A stretch of DNA of 43,197 nucleotides from a virus (taxonomy: Duplodnaviria; Caudoviricetes). How positions within the stretch are numbered: position 1 is the first letter of the stretch; every line of letters begins with the position of its first letter. The DNA is taken from the IMG/VR virus record IMGVR_UViG_3300034388_000016, positions 1-43,197 of that record; one strand, 5' to 3'. Positions 7,869-16,891 of this stretch are shown one piece after another. The position numbers and the translations under genes were made by a program. Below the pieces are notes generated by a model, which was not told where the DNA came from, searched no databases, and saw only the letters and a program-made list of their open reading frames with translations.

Positions 7869-9196
7869 GAAGCTCCAATCTGTTTGACATGTACTTTGAC
7901 TACACTGCGAAGACTGAGCCTCCGCTTATCTTCCATCGGTGGAGTCTCCTCACGACACTCGGTGCTTACCTTGGTAGACAAGTCTACTTTCCATTCGGAG
8001 AGTTTCGTATCTTCCCCAACATGTACACCATGCTGATTGGTGATCCTGGAACAAGGAAGAGTACGAGCATTAAGTTGGCCAAAAAGATTGCTGGCGCCGC
8101 AGGCTACGAGACTTTCTCCGCAGAGCGCACCAGTAAGGAGAAGTTCCTGCTTGATCTTGAGGGTCTTGAAGCTGACGATGGCTCTGTCAAGGATCAGAAC
8201 TCGGTAATGAAGAACTTGTTTGGAGACGACTATGAAGGTGGCGAACCTCGTGAAGTGTTTGTCTGTGCTGATGAGTTTAACGATTTCACTGGTGCAGGTA
8301 ATCTTGAGTTCTTTTCTCTTCTTGGTAGTCTGTGGGATTGGGATGATCCAGTTCAACCATTTCGGCAGCGACTCAAGACTTCTCGATCTGTTAGCATCTA
8401 TCAACCTACTGTTACTATCCTTGCTGGCAATACCCACGCTGGCTTTGCTGAAGCGTTCCCTCCGCAAACTATTGGACAAGGTTTCCTCTCTCGTCTGATC
8501 CTTGTCTATGGCGAAGGAAGTGGCAAGAAGATTCCTTTTCCTGAGAAGCCAAGTGAGGAGCTGCGGACCGCACTTACTGACTTCTTTGCAGAGATCAAGG
8601 CCACTGTCACAGGTGAAGTTACCATGTCGCCGCGAGCCAGTCAGATGCTTGAGACAATCTATCGTACCTTCGAGGGTGTTGATGATGTGCGCTTCAAGCA
8701 CTACTCTACGCGACGCTTCACCCACCTGCTCAAGCTGTGTATCCTTGTGAGTGCTGCCAATCTGCGAACCGAGATCGGTGCTAGTGACGTGTTGCTTGCT
8801 AATACCTTGCTCACCTTCACAGAGCACAAGATGCCCCAGGCGATGGGCGAGTTCGGTAAGGCTAGGAACGCAGACGTTGCAGCTAGGATTATTGCGCTGC
8901 TCTCCGAGAGCAAGGAACCTGTTGATGTGCCGGCGCTGTGGAAGCAGTGTCAGTCTGATCTTGATAGGCCAGAGGATCTTAACAAGTTGCTTGCCGGCCT
9001 GACACAAGGTGGAAAGATTCAGTGGATCAATCGCACCAGAGCTGGCATTCAAGGCTACATGATTGTCAAGCGCCAGCTTAATAGCAAAGCACTTTACGTT
9101 GACTTCAATCTCCTGCGAGAAGTCACCGGCATCTCCCAAGTTGGAGGTGCATCTAATTCGCAGTTTCAGTTGAAAGGAAATTATAATGCACTCTGA
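7865..9196 (+). CDS. DUF3987/YfjI-like P-loop NTPase (putative replicative helicase)
   Basis: Walker A GDPGTRKST, Walker B ADEF, GFLSRLI arginine motif, C-terminal winged-helix-like region; ATGA overlap with polA. Confidence 0.75.
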   Translation: MRSSNLFDMYFDYTAKTEPPLIFHRWSLLTTLGAYLGRQVYFPFGEFRIFPNMYTMLIGDPGTRKSTSIKLAKKIAGAAGYETFSAERTSKEKFLLDLEGLEADDGSVKDQNSVMKNLFGDDYEGGEPREVFVCADEFNDFTGAGNLEFFSLLGSLWDWDDPVQPFRQRLKTSRSVSIYQPTVTILAGNTHAGFAEAFPPQTIGQGFLSRLILVYGEGSGKKIPFPEKPSEELRTALTDFFAEIKATVTGEVTMSPRASQMLETIYRTFEGVDDVRFKHYSTRRFTHLLKLCILVSAANLRTEIGASDVLLANTLLTFTEHKMPQAMGEFGKARNADVAARIIALLSESKEPVDVPALWKQCQSDLDRPEDLNKLLAGLTQGGKIQWINRTRAGIQGYMIVKRQLNSKALYVDFNLLREVTGISQVGGASNSQFQLKGNYNAL

Positions 9197-9386
9197 GGAT
9201 GTAGTTAGTACGCAGACGTACTGGCCGGGAACGCAAGTTCCCAAGTCACAAGGAAATGCTTTTGACTGCAAAAGCTGGACTCCCGCTATTTCGGAAGAGC
9301 TTCGCCGATACCAAGTAAAAGCTAATGCTGGTTTGCGAGGTGCATTGAAACAACCACTTCCTAGGGAGGTACTGAAGCATGAATGA
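9186..9386 (+). CDS. Small hypothetical protein (66 aa)
   Basis: AAAGGA RBS; overlaps both neighbouring genes. Confidence 0.6.
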   Translation: MHSEDVVSTQTYWPGTQVPKSQGNAFDCKSWTPAISEELRRYQVKANAGLRGALKQPLPREVLKHE

Positions 9387-10431
9387 AGAACGTAGCCCAC
9401 AAGACAAAGCCGCGGCGCTGGCTGAGAAGCATGGGGCCAGCATCGTGTCTATCCACCCTGGCAAAAGTATCTTGCTTATCGGCCATCAGTTTGAGGCCAT
9501 GCTCGCAGACCACAAGCAGCAGGCCATCGAAGAACTGGCAGCGAAGACAAAGGTGATGCCGCCCGTTGTAACCACCACAACCATCAGTGGGAGCGGGGTC
9601 AAGTATGACCTGTGCCTTGCGTCTAAAGTCCGCGAAGCAATCGCCACCATGCAGGCCAAGCTGGAGGCTTCCGATCAATTCAGAAGCCTGCAAAACGAGC
9701 AGATAGACGAGTTAAAGGCCAAGCTGACGCAAGCCGATGCGCGGCGGGATGGGCAGTGTCCTGTGGGATATGACAAAACAGACATGAATGCTTATGTTCA
9801 AAACATGTACGACTCGAAAATGCAGGAAGGTAAACACGGTCATTATGAAACACTTTTTCACTGCGTACACCAAGCTATCAAGCGCGTACATGGAGTGGTG
9901 GAAAAACGCGACTTGATGTATTCGACCGTTGCGATGCAAGAACGCCATGACCAACGCATCGAAAATATAGTCGGAACGCTTGAGTGCATCAAGAAGGAAC
10001 AGGCTGCAAAACTAAGCGCCACCCAACCCACCAACCCCACACCAGCGCAGGCCGAGAAGGTGGAGCATCCGGAAGATCGCTACGTGCGCGGATACTCTGA
10101 GTTAGATTGCCCGATGTGCGGTGGAAGTGGGCATAAAGATGATGCGAAGTTTCCAGGGCCTGTTGGCAAAGTTGAATCAGCAGTATTCGGCGCGTCAGGA
10201 TTCCATGTTTACCTTCTTCCGAACCAGCGGATGCCTAAAGTTGGGACGCGTCTCTACACCCACCCACCCACAGACACCGCGCTGGTGGATGCGGCTGAGA
10301 AGGCGCTGGTGGCCATGGAGGACGTAATGCTGTGGAGAAAAACCGGCATCGGCAGACCTCCTGAACAACTCATGTTGTTTGAAATCGACGCACTCCGCGA
10401 CGCCCTGCTGGCGCATGGGAGGAAGACATGA
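9379..10431 (+). CDS. Mosaic accessory protein (350 aa) with coiled segments and a CPMCGGSG zinc-knuckle motif
   Basis: GGGAGG RBS; patchwork composition; LYTHP motif typical of phage accessory mosaics. Confidence 0.75.
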   Translation: MNEERSPQDKAAALAEKHGASIVSIHPGKSILLIGHQFEAMLADHKQQAIEELAAKTKVMPPVVTTTTISGSGVKYDLCLASKVREAIATMQAKLEASDQFRSLQNEQIDELKAKLTQADARRDGQCPVGYDKTDMNAYVQNMYDSKMQEGKHGHYETLFHCVHQAIKRVHGVVEKRDLMYSTVAMQERHDQRIENIVGTLECIKKEQAAKLSATQPTNPTPAQAEKVEHPEDRYVRGYSELDCPMCGGSGHKDDAKFPGPVGKVESAVFGASGFHVYLLPNQRMPKVGTRLYTHPPTDTALVDAAEKALVAMEDVMLWRKTGIGRPPEQLMLFEIDALRDALLAHGRKT

Positions 10432-10669
10432 CACACGAAGACAAGATCGCCAAATCTCTTCTTGACGTAGCGCGTCGTTTCGGCAGGGCCGAGGTGGAGC
10501 GAGAGATTGCAAACTTGCGCCGCCAGCTACGCAGCGCGAACCGAAGAACTGCCTTAGCTCAAGAGGCCCGTGACGAGTGGAAGGAAACCGCCATTAGGTA
10601 TCAGAAGTCAATGGCCTCTTTGGGGAAAGAGAACAGAGAATTGCGGCGGATGCAAGCGCATGGGAGGAA
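10411..10669 (+). repeat. 14-bp direct repeat GCGCATGGGAGGAA at 10411-10424 and 10656-10669
   Basis: Exact match seen; each copy contains the RBS of the next gene. Confidence 0.85.
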
Positions 10670-10682
10670 AGCATGCCAGTGA
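10428..10682 (+). CDS. Small coiled-coil hypothetical protein (84 aa)
   Basis: GGGAGG RBS, ATGA overlap, flanked by 14-bp direct repeats. Confidence 0.7.
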   Translation: MTHEDKIAKSLLDVARRFGRAEVEREIANLRRQLRSANRRTALAQEARDEWKETAIRYQKSMASLGKENRELRRMQAHGRKACQ

Positions 10683-11095
10683 CAAAAGGACAGCGAGGTG
10701 ATTTTGTAGTTCGCCAGCAGCTTATACTTTCCAACCTGCCAGCCACACGCACGGAGCTGGCAGTGAAGATAGGCGTGCACACAGCTACTATCCAGCGCCA
10801 TCTAGACTGGTTAGTGAGCGAGCAGCGTGCCCACGTAGCCTCCTGTGGTCAGCGTGGGGGAAACAACTGTCTTGTTAACGTCTATGCTGCAGGCCCTGCG
10901 CCGGAAGGCCTGGTTGTCCGCACTAGAAAAGCAAGGACAAAGAGGGAGCCAGCACCTGTTCCAGAGCCAGAGTTGGCAGCATATCTACCGCGCCCCATCC
11001 CAGAGCGCGACCCTTTGACAGCCGCTTTCTATGGACCCGCACACTCAAGCGAACAATTGAGTGAAAAGATTTCATTAACCAGCACGCAGTGCTAA
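10673..11095 (+). CDS. Putative winged-HTH DNA-binding protein (140 aa)
   Basis: TRTELAVKIGVHTATIQRHLDWL HTH signature; Pro-rich linker; RDPLTAAFYG tail. Confidence 0.7.
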   Translation: MPVTKGQRGDFVVRQQLILSNLPATRTELAVKIGVHTATIQRHLDWLVSEQRAHVASCGQRGGNNCLVNVYAAGPAPEGLVVRTRKARTKREPAPVPEPELAAYLPRPIPERDPLTAAFYGPAHSSEQLSEKISLTSTQC

Positions 11096-11108
11096 CTAAG
11101 GAGCTACC

Positions 11109-11600
11109 ATGACCCCACTTATCATGCAAAAGATTGTTGACTTCAACAACCTGTACAAACTTCCTGTCAATGAAGTCCCTACGATTCCTTTCACCGCGAC
11201 GCCGGAAGCCAGCGTGCAGCGGCAACTCAGCAAGCGCATCGAAGATTTCATGCACACGCTTAGCGCCGAGGTCGAAGAGGGTAACGAGATCATTGCAAAG
11301 ATCAAAGCAGGCGACATGCCCATTGAAGTCCTGACCGCCATGAGTGATTGGCTTGGTGATCTTGTCATCTACTGTCTGAGTGAGATGGTCAAGTTCGGCC
11401 TCGATGCTGAAATCATCTTGCAAACCATCATGGCCAGCAACATGAGCAAGCTTGGGCGAGATGGCTTTCCTCTCTATGATGAGCACGGTAAGGTGCTGAA
11501 AGGGCCAGACTACTGGCGCCCTGAGCCGATGCTACAGCGTTGGATTGAAGCAACGTGGCGGCAGGCAATCGCTGCAAAAGCTGCAAAGAGTAGCAGCTAA
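11109..11600 (+). CDS. MazG-like / PRA-PH all-alpha nucleotide pyrophosphohydrolase
   Basis: EVEE...DWLGDLV acidic motif, SNMSK and GKVLKGPDY motifs. Confidence 0.85.
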   Translation: MTPLIMQKIVDFNNLYKLPVNEVPTIPFTATPEASVQRQLSKRIEDFMHTLSAEVEEGNEIIAKIKAGDMPIEVLTAMSDWLGDLVIYCLSEMVKFGLDAEIILQTIMASNMSKLGRDGFPLYDEHGKVLKGPDYWRPEPMLQRWIEATWRQAIAAKAAKSSS

Positions 11601-11637
11601 AAAAGAACCCCCTCGGTGTGAGCCTTGGGGGTTTTAA
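11599..11637. terminator. Bidirectional terminator where the two genome arms converge
   Basis: A6-GAACCCCC...GGGGGTTTT hairpin with A/T tracts on both sides. Confidence 0.8.
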
Positions 11638-11681
11638 TTTGCCCTCATGAAAAGGCAACCGCAACTTCTAGGAACTGCTTC

Positions 11682-14600
11682 TTAGAACTCAGGGCCGAAG
11701 TCAGTTCCATCATCAGCCTGCCGTGCTCTCTGATTCCTGAAATCAGTAAGCTCTTCTCCGCCCATAATCTGCTTCATCTTGGCAGCATACGGGCTATTCA
11801 TCTTCTGCGCTGTCTGATTAACAACACTAACGTTGGCATCTTTCATCCAGCGCATCATGGCTTGATTGAAGTTCTCAATCCTTCCGCCACTTCTCACATA
11901 CTTTTCCATGAATCCTTCCATCTCCTCTTTGCTGGGAGACTGGCCATCTTCAAGCTTGGTCTTGACAACTCTTCCCAGATTGGCAAGCCGTGCCTTGTCC
12001 ATTGCCTCGTAACCTTTGTTACGATAGAGCTGATTAAGTGCCACAGCTTCATCCATTGGGCGAGCACCCATCAAGCGCCCGGCGCCTCCATAATTGACCA
12101 TGCGCTCTTGAAAATTTGCAAGCCAGCTCGTAGTTTGCAGATCATTGGCAGCACTGATGAGTGAGCCTTGCGATGTTGTACTCTTGCCGCCAAGCACCTG
12201 AGCCATGCCTGCCAGCGGACGATTAAGACCTTGGTGCTCAAGCGCAGCCAAGAAAGTGTCCCCCAGGTCCGCACCACCTGCCATGTCCTTGCCCATCTGA
12301 TAGACAGTGGATGCAAGCTTGATACCAGCACTGACAGCTGGCACATCGGCAATGGAGTTGGGAAGGATGGTCAGATGGCGAGGGTTAATGTCACCCCGAG
12401 TGTAAAGTGCAGGTTGCCAGCCGCTCAGGAGAGGAAAGGCAGATGCAGTTCCATAGAGCAGCCAGTCACCAAGCTCCTTGTTGAAAGCTGGCAGAACACT
12501 ATACGCATCTTTGTGCTGAGGATTGTTAGCGACAGCGCCGCCGATCAGATGCGTGTTGACAGCGTCAAAGAACGGCAGACCATTCAAACCAAATACACTG
12601 CTTTGCAGACCAGCAAACACTGCCAATGTTCGCTTATCCCCCGCCTCCACGTGACGATGCAGCTGCTGCAATACGTTGAACGCATACGTCTGGAACAGCG
12701 AGACAGCAGCGCCAGTAGTTCCCTGGAACACAATGGGCCGCTGGCTTGTCACGTAGTTGCCTTGCGTACGATTGACGAACGTCATGATGTACGTATCCTG
12801 CTCACGTGCTGCCATTTTGCCAGCAGCCACAAGGGGATCAGTCAACTGGCGCATCACATCAGCAGATACGAAGCGGGTGAACTCTTCGCTGAAATTGTTA
12901 CCAGTGTACTTGGCCAGCTTGTCAACATGGCCATTGACCTTGTCAACCCACTTGAGCGGCGCCACGGCGCCATCAATCGCAATGTCATCGAGGGCTGCAT
13001 GATATTGGGAAAGAATATCCTTGACAGCGCCGATGCGAGTGTAGCGTTCCAGCAGTGCAGCTTTCTCCGGGCCGAAGAAGTTGCTGATGGAATTGCCAGT
13101 CACCTTCTTGAAGGAGGGTACAGAGAACTCTTGGCCAGGCACCTTGACTCGCGTCAGGTCATTCAGCAACTTGCCCAGGCCTTCATCATCCTTGATAAGT
13201 TTCTGGATGCTGCTCCACTCCGTGCCCATCATGATAGGCGTGCTAATCATGTTGATCAGACTGTTCGCAAAGTCAAGTCGCAACGTGAAGTTGGCAAGAA
13301 GCATGTTTGCTTTCTGCATGGTTTCACGGATGACGTTGCGAGGCGTCGAAGCATTGGCAGCCATGTACGCCTGCACCACATCAGATGCTTCTGAATACGG
13401 CATGCCAAGACCTGCTTCCTTGGCTACCTTGTCAGCATAGACCCAAGGCTTCATGCTCACGCCATCAACAACAACGTCCTCACCCGTGGTGTGTGCTTTG
13501 AAGGCAGCGTTGTACCTCTCGCCGATAGCCACGCCGACACGATCAATGAAATCATTGGCAGCGTCGAGCAGCGGGAACTCCTGCTGTTTGGAAATGTTGA
13601 GAGCAGTCTTGATGTGATCGCCGAACGGATCAGTGATCTGTTTCTTCCAGCGAGAGCCAAGAGACTGAAAAGTGGACTCAGCTTCAACGCGATAGTTATC
13701 AGAGAGGAACTTCATTTCACTGAAGAACTGGCGATTCTTAACCTGCACAGCTGTGCGGACAAGAGATTCTTCCTGACGATAGGCGTGGCGCAGGAAGTCT
13801 GCCAGTGCTTCCTCCGCATTTACCTTGGGGAAGAAGTCAGCCAGCGCGCCGGTACGAGCAAGATCACTGTTGATGCGAGCTTCATGCAGAGTCTGTGCGT
13901 AGTCATACTCGCCCTTGGCCTTATGCCAAGCAGCAGTGTCACTAGCAAAGCGCACATCGTAGCGAGAAGGATCAATCTGATTAACCATTGCACGCAGCTC
14001 TGCTTCAGTGCGAGCTGTCAGCATGGTCGTCTCACTGGCCACACCAATGGCTTCCTTGGTAGAGACATGAGCGTAGTACTTGTAGCGCACAGTATCAACG
14101 GGAGGAATGTAAATGCTATCGAACTCACGCGGCGCCATCGTGACGCCAGCAGCATTTCGCAGCGGAACCATCTTGTCGTAGGTGTTTCCATTCACCTTTG
14201 CGAACGTGCTAAGGAAGTCCAGAGTTTCACGGTTCTCAACCGGAATGATGTGCGGAACACGCGGAGCGCCAGGAGTCTTGACGCGCACCATCTCAGCAGC
14301 AATATCGGCGGACACGTTCTCCTTCTGCATGAGTTTGCGTACTTCAGTGGATACCAGGCGCATCTCTCCATCAGGATCAACAGCGTAGCGGAACTCCGAC
14401 TTGCGAAGTGCATTGGTCAGCACACCAAGCTCAATGCCAGCTGCAGGATTCATGCGAACTGCGTTGGTCACGGAACTCAGCGCCAACACCGCTGCATCGC
14501 CACGCCGCTTGGAGAGCAGTGAGGTAACAGCGCCACTGGATTGCACAAATGCCTCAGCATCACGCTGATAGTTCGCGTTGGCAGCTGTGAAGAGTCCGGC

Positions 14601-16850
14601 CCCGGCGCCACGCTGCGAAGAAGTCTTTGCCAACGAGGTGTCAATGCCTTCCTTGGCAAGTGCCTTCTCCAGCTCAGCAGCTTCATAGAGCAGCTTGGCA
14701 TCTTCGCCGAGTGCAGCAGTCACAGCATTGTCTGCCACTTGCTGACGAACTGCCTGCTGATATTGCATGGTCAGCTCTTGCGTAGCCAGGAAGCTTGGAC
14801 CGAAGTTCTGACGATACGCTTCGATGGGATCAAGCACAGCCTTAGCTGCATTGAAGTCATGCTCGATCATCACCGTCTTAGGAATCAGGGCGTCTGCAGT
14901 ACGAAGGTCAGCGACAGCAGCATCGCCAACTGCTGGAGGAACAAAATTACGGCGAATGGCGTCTTCAACGTAATCTCTCGAAGCGTTGATATGAGCTGCA
15001 AGGTGCCGCGTATCATACGCGCCATGCTCGGCCAGCTGTTCAGCAAGTACTTCATACTTCTTCTCCTGTAAGAAAAGACGCAGATCAGCAATGTCATCAA
15101 TGCTCAGGACATTGTCGCCATCGCGGATTTCAATCTTCCGGAAATACTCCGGCCCCTTCTCATGCACCAACTCTGTTAGGCGAGAGAGTGCAGCCAGATC
15201 ATGGGAGTCAACGTTGCCCTTCATGGCATTGTTGAAACCAGCATTGTCAAGTTGAGATAGCCATGCGAAACGAGCACTTGCCTCGATGGGTGACTTGCTA
15301 ATGTCTGTGAGACTCTCAGCTCTTTGGCGATAGAACTTACCACTACCTTCAATGCCACCAGCAGACACCTTGAGAGAATCCTTGGTCAGCACATCAGCAA
15401 AGGTGGCAACTGCCTCGTCAGCAATGGTGCCTGTCTCCAGATCAACCATGCTGCGAATGATGTAGGGGTTATCAAGAGTGCGCACGATCTTTGCAGAGTT
15501 GGGGTTGATCGCAGCTTTGCCACCCGGCATCATGATAACGTCAGCATCAATGCCGCCCTTGAAAGCCTTGGCTGCAGAATCGTAGCCGGTGTCCACGAAC
15601 TTGACGACCTTCAGGTCAGTGGCAACAGTGCCATCAACCATGCGGAACGCCTGTTTGCCAGTCTTGCCGCGCATGTACTCTTTCGAGAAGATGTCCTCAA
15701 GCGTAGCACTTGCAGGTTCAAGCGTGACATAGAACTTCTTGGAGTCAGCAGCAAGGCGATCAAGATCAAGATGGCTGACCTTGGTCACATTATTGAGAAG
15801 CCCATGCGCCGACGCGATAATGTCATCCTCAGTCATGCCGAGCGCACGCTGCTCAGCAATCTTGCCAGAAATCATTTTGTGGTAGGCTTGCCCAACCGCA
15901 GCATTGCCGTCAGCAAGCTCATTGAAGCGCATGCGGAACTCATTCTCAGCTGTGCGAAGAGCACGCTCGTGTGCCTTCTTCAACGCTTCAGTTGTCTGAA
16001 GTCCCCCCTCTAACTCAGTTAGCTTGCCGTCAACTTTGTAGCTGAACGGAATATTGCTGGCATCGTCGGAGAGCTTGACCATCTGCTCAGCAAAAAGGAG
16101 CAGGTCAGAGCCCTTTGCGGCGGTGGCGCCACGTGCCGGATCAAGTGTATCCACGACGCGCTTGCGAGACTCAATGGCAGACTGTGCACTCTTGAGAATG
16201 CCCTTTGCAGCAATGGAGCTGATGAGGCCACCAGCAACACCGCCAACAGCTGTGCCAATCATGCCATTCCAGGCGAAGTCTTTCCACGTATCTCCTTGGA
16301 AAACTGAGGAATCATTCATCGTAGCAGCGATTGCCAGCTCTGCACCAGTGGCAAGCAGCGCCTGATCTGCCATCTCCCAGGCAGCATAGCGCAGACGATT
16401 CTCAGAAAGGATGCCTTTGATGGTGCCACCAGATTCAGCTGTCTCTTGCAGAGCGCGCTTAAGATAGGTGTCACGGCGGGACGCTGCGAAATTGAGTGCT
16501 TCACCCATGCGAGTACCACCGACACCAGAACGCAGCAGTTGGATGCCTTTGGTACCAGCCATGCCAGGAAGAATAGCCGTACCAATGAAACCAGTCGTAT
16601 CAATGGCACTCTGGTTCTCCTTGTAATAGTCCCCCCAAGAGTCATCCACCTTACGAAGAGTATCTTGCACATCCCATTTATCGCCACCTACATAGTCAAC
16701 AATGGTATTGGCAATGCTGAGGCCGCCAGAAACAGCAGCAGCGCCGACGCCCTTAGTGAGCGCATCGCCAATGCGCGTGAGTGGGCCAGCTTTCAGATCA
16801 AGCGTATCAGATGCGAGATTGATAGGGTGAAATTGCAGATCATCGTCCAT
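11682..16850 (-). CDS. Large internal virion (DNA ejection) protein, T7 gp16-like, 1722 aa
   Basis: Very large last gene of the structural arm; Gly/Ala-rich hydrophobic N-terminal helices; C-terminal LFQTY motif followed by hydrophobic segments. Confidence 0.7.
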   Translation of the reverse strand: MDDDLQFHPINLASDTLDLKAGPLTRIGDALTKGVGAAAVSGGLSIANTIVDYVGGDKWDVQDTLRKVDDSWGDYYKENQSAIDTTGFIGTAILPGMAGTKGIQLLRSGVGGTRMGEALNFAASRRDTYLKRALQETAESGGTIKGILSENRLRYAAWEMADQALLATGAELAIAATMNDSSVFQGDTWKDFAWNGMIGTAVGGVAGGLISSIAAKGILKSAQSAIESRKRVVDTLDPARGATAAKGSDLLLFAEQMVKLSDDASNIPFSYKVDGKLTELEGGLQTTEALKKAHERALRTAENEFRMRFNELADGNAAVGQAYHKMISGKIAEQRALGMTEDDIIASAHGLLNNVTKVSHLDLDRLAADSKKFYVTLEPASATLEDIFSKEYMRGKTGKQAFRMVDGTVATDLKVVKFVDTGYDSAAKAFKGGIDADVIMMPGGKAAINPNSAKIVRTLDNPYIIRSMVDLETGTIADEAVATFADVLTKDSLKVSAGGIEGSGKFYRQRAESLTDISKSPIEASARFAWLSQLDNAGFNNAMKGNVDSHDLAALSRLTELVHEKGPEYFRKIEIRDGDNVLSIDDIADLRLFLQEKKYEVLAEQLAEHGAYDTRHLAAHINASRDYVEDAIRRNFVPPAVGDAAVADLRTADALIPKTVMIEHDFNAAKAVLDPIEAYRQNFGPSFLATQELTMQYQQAVRQQVADNAVTAALGEDAKLLYEAAELEKALAKEGIDTSLAKTSSQRGAGAGLFTAANANYQRDAEAFVQSSGAVTSLLSKRRGDAAVLALSSVTNAVRMNPAAGIELGVLTNALRKSEFRYAVDPDGEMRLVSTEVRKLMQKENVSADIAAEMVRVKTPGAPRVPHIIPVENRETLDFLSTFAKVNGNTYDKMVPLRNAAGVTMAPREFDSIYIPPVDTVRYKYYAHVSTKEAIGVASETTMLTARTEAELRAMVNQIDPSRYDVRFASDTAAWHKAKGEYDYAQTLHEARINSDLARTGALADFFPKVNAEEALADFLRHAYRQEESLVRTAVQVKNRQFFSEMKFLSDNYRVEAESTFQSLGSRWKKQITDPFGDHIKTALNISKQQEFPLLDAANDFIDRVGVAIGERYNAAFKAHTTGEDVVVDGVSMKPWVYADKVAKEAGLGMPYSEASDVVQAYMAANASTPRNVIRETMQKANMLLANFTLRLDFANSLINMISTPIMMGTEWSSIQKLIKDDEGLGKLLNDLTRVKVPGQEFSVPSFKKVTGNSISNFFGPEKAALLERYTRIGAVKDILSQYHAALDDIAIDGAVAPLKWVDKVNGHVDKLAKYTGNNFSEEFTRFVSADVMRQLTDPLVAAGKMAAREQDTYIMTFVNRTQGNYVTSQRPIVFQGTTGAAVSLFQTYAFNVLQQLHRHVEAGDKRTLAVFAGLQSSVFGLNGLPFFDAVNTHLIGGAVANNPQHKDAYSVLPAFNKELGDWLLYGTASAFPLLSGWQPALYTRGDINPRHLTILPNSIADVPAVSAGIKLASTVYQMGKDMAGGADLGDTFLAALEHQGLNRPLAGMAQVLGGKSTTSQGSLISAANDLQTTSWLANFQERMVNYGGAGRLMGARPMDEAVALNQLYRNKGYEAMDKARLANLGRVVKTKLEDGQSPSKEEMEGFMEKYVRSGGRIENFNQAMMRWMKDANVSVVNQTAQKMNSPYAAKMKQIMGGEELTDFRNQRARQADDGTDFGPEF

Positions 16851-16891
16851 GATTTGGCTCTCTTGGTTTGCGGTTGGTCTTATCTATGCAG

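Noticed and set aside
7847-9400. 517-aa - strand ORF antisense to the DUF3987-like gene, and similar antisense ORFs at 12168-13394, 13491-14522 and 4010-4855
   Set aside because: They mirror well-supported genes and have implausible composition
5616-11600. Z-genome or other base-modification system (polymerase plus MazG)
   Set aside because: No PurZ, DatZ, thymidylate-synthase-like, queuosine or glycosyltransferase genes are recognisable
11682-16850. Virion RNA polymerase in the 1722-aa protein
   Set aside because: Only DPDGE was found, not DxDGD, and there are no T7/N4-type polymerase motifs; it fits an ejection protein better
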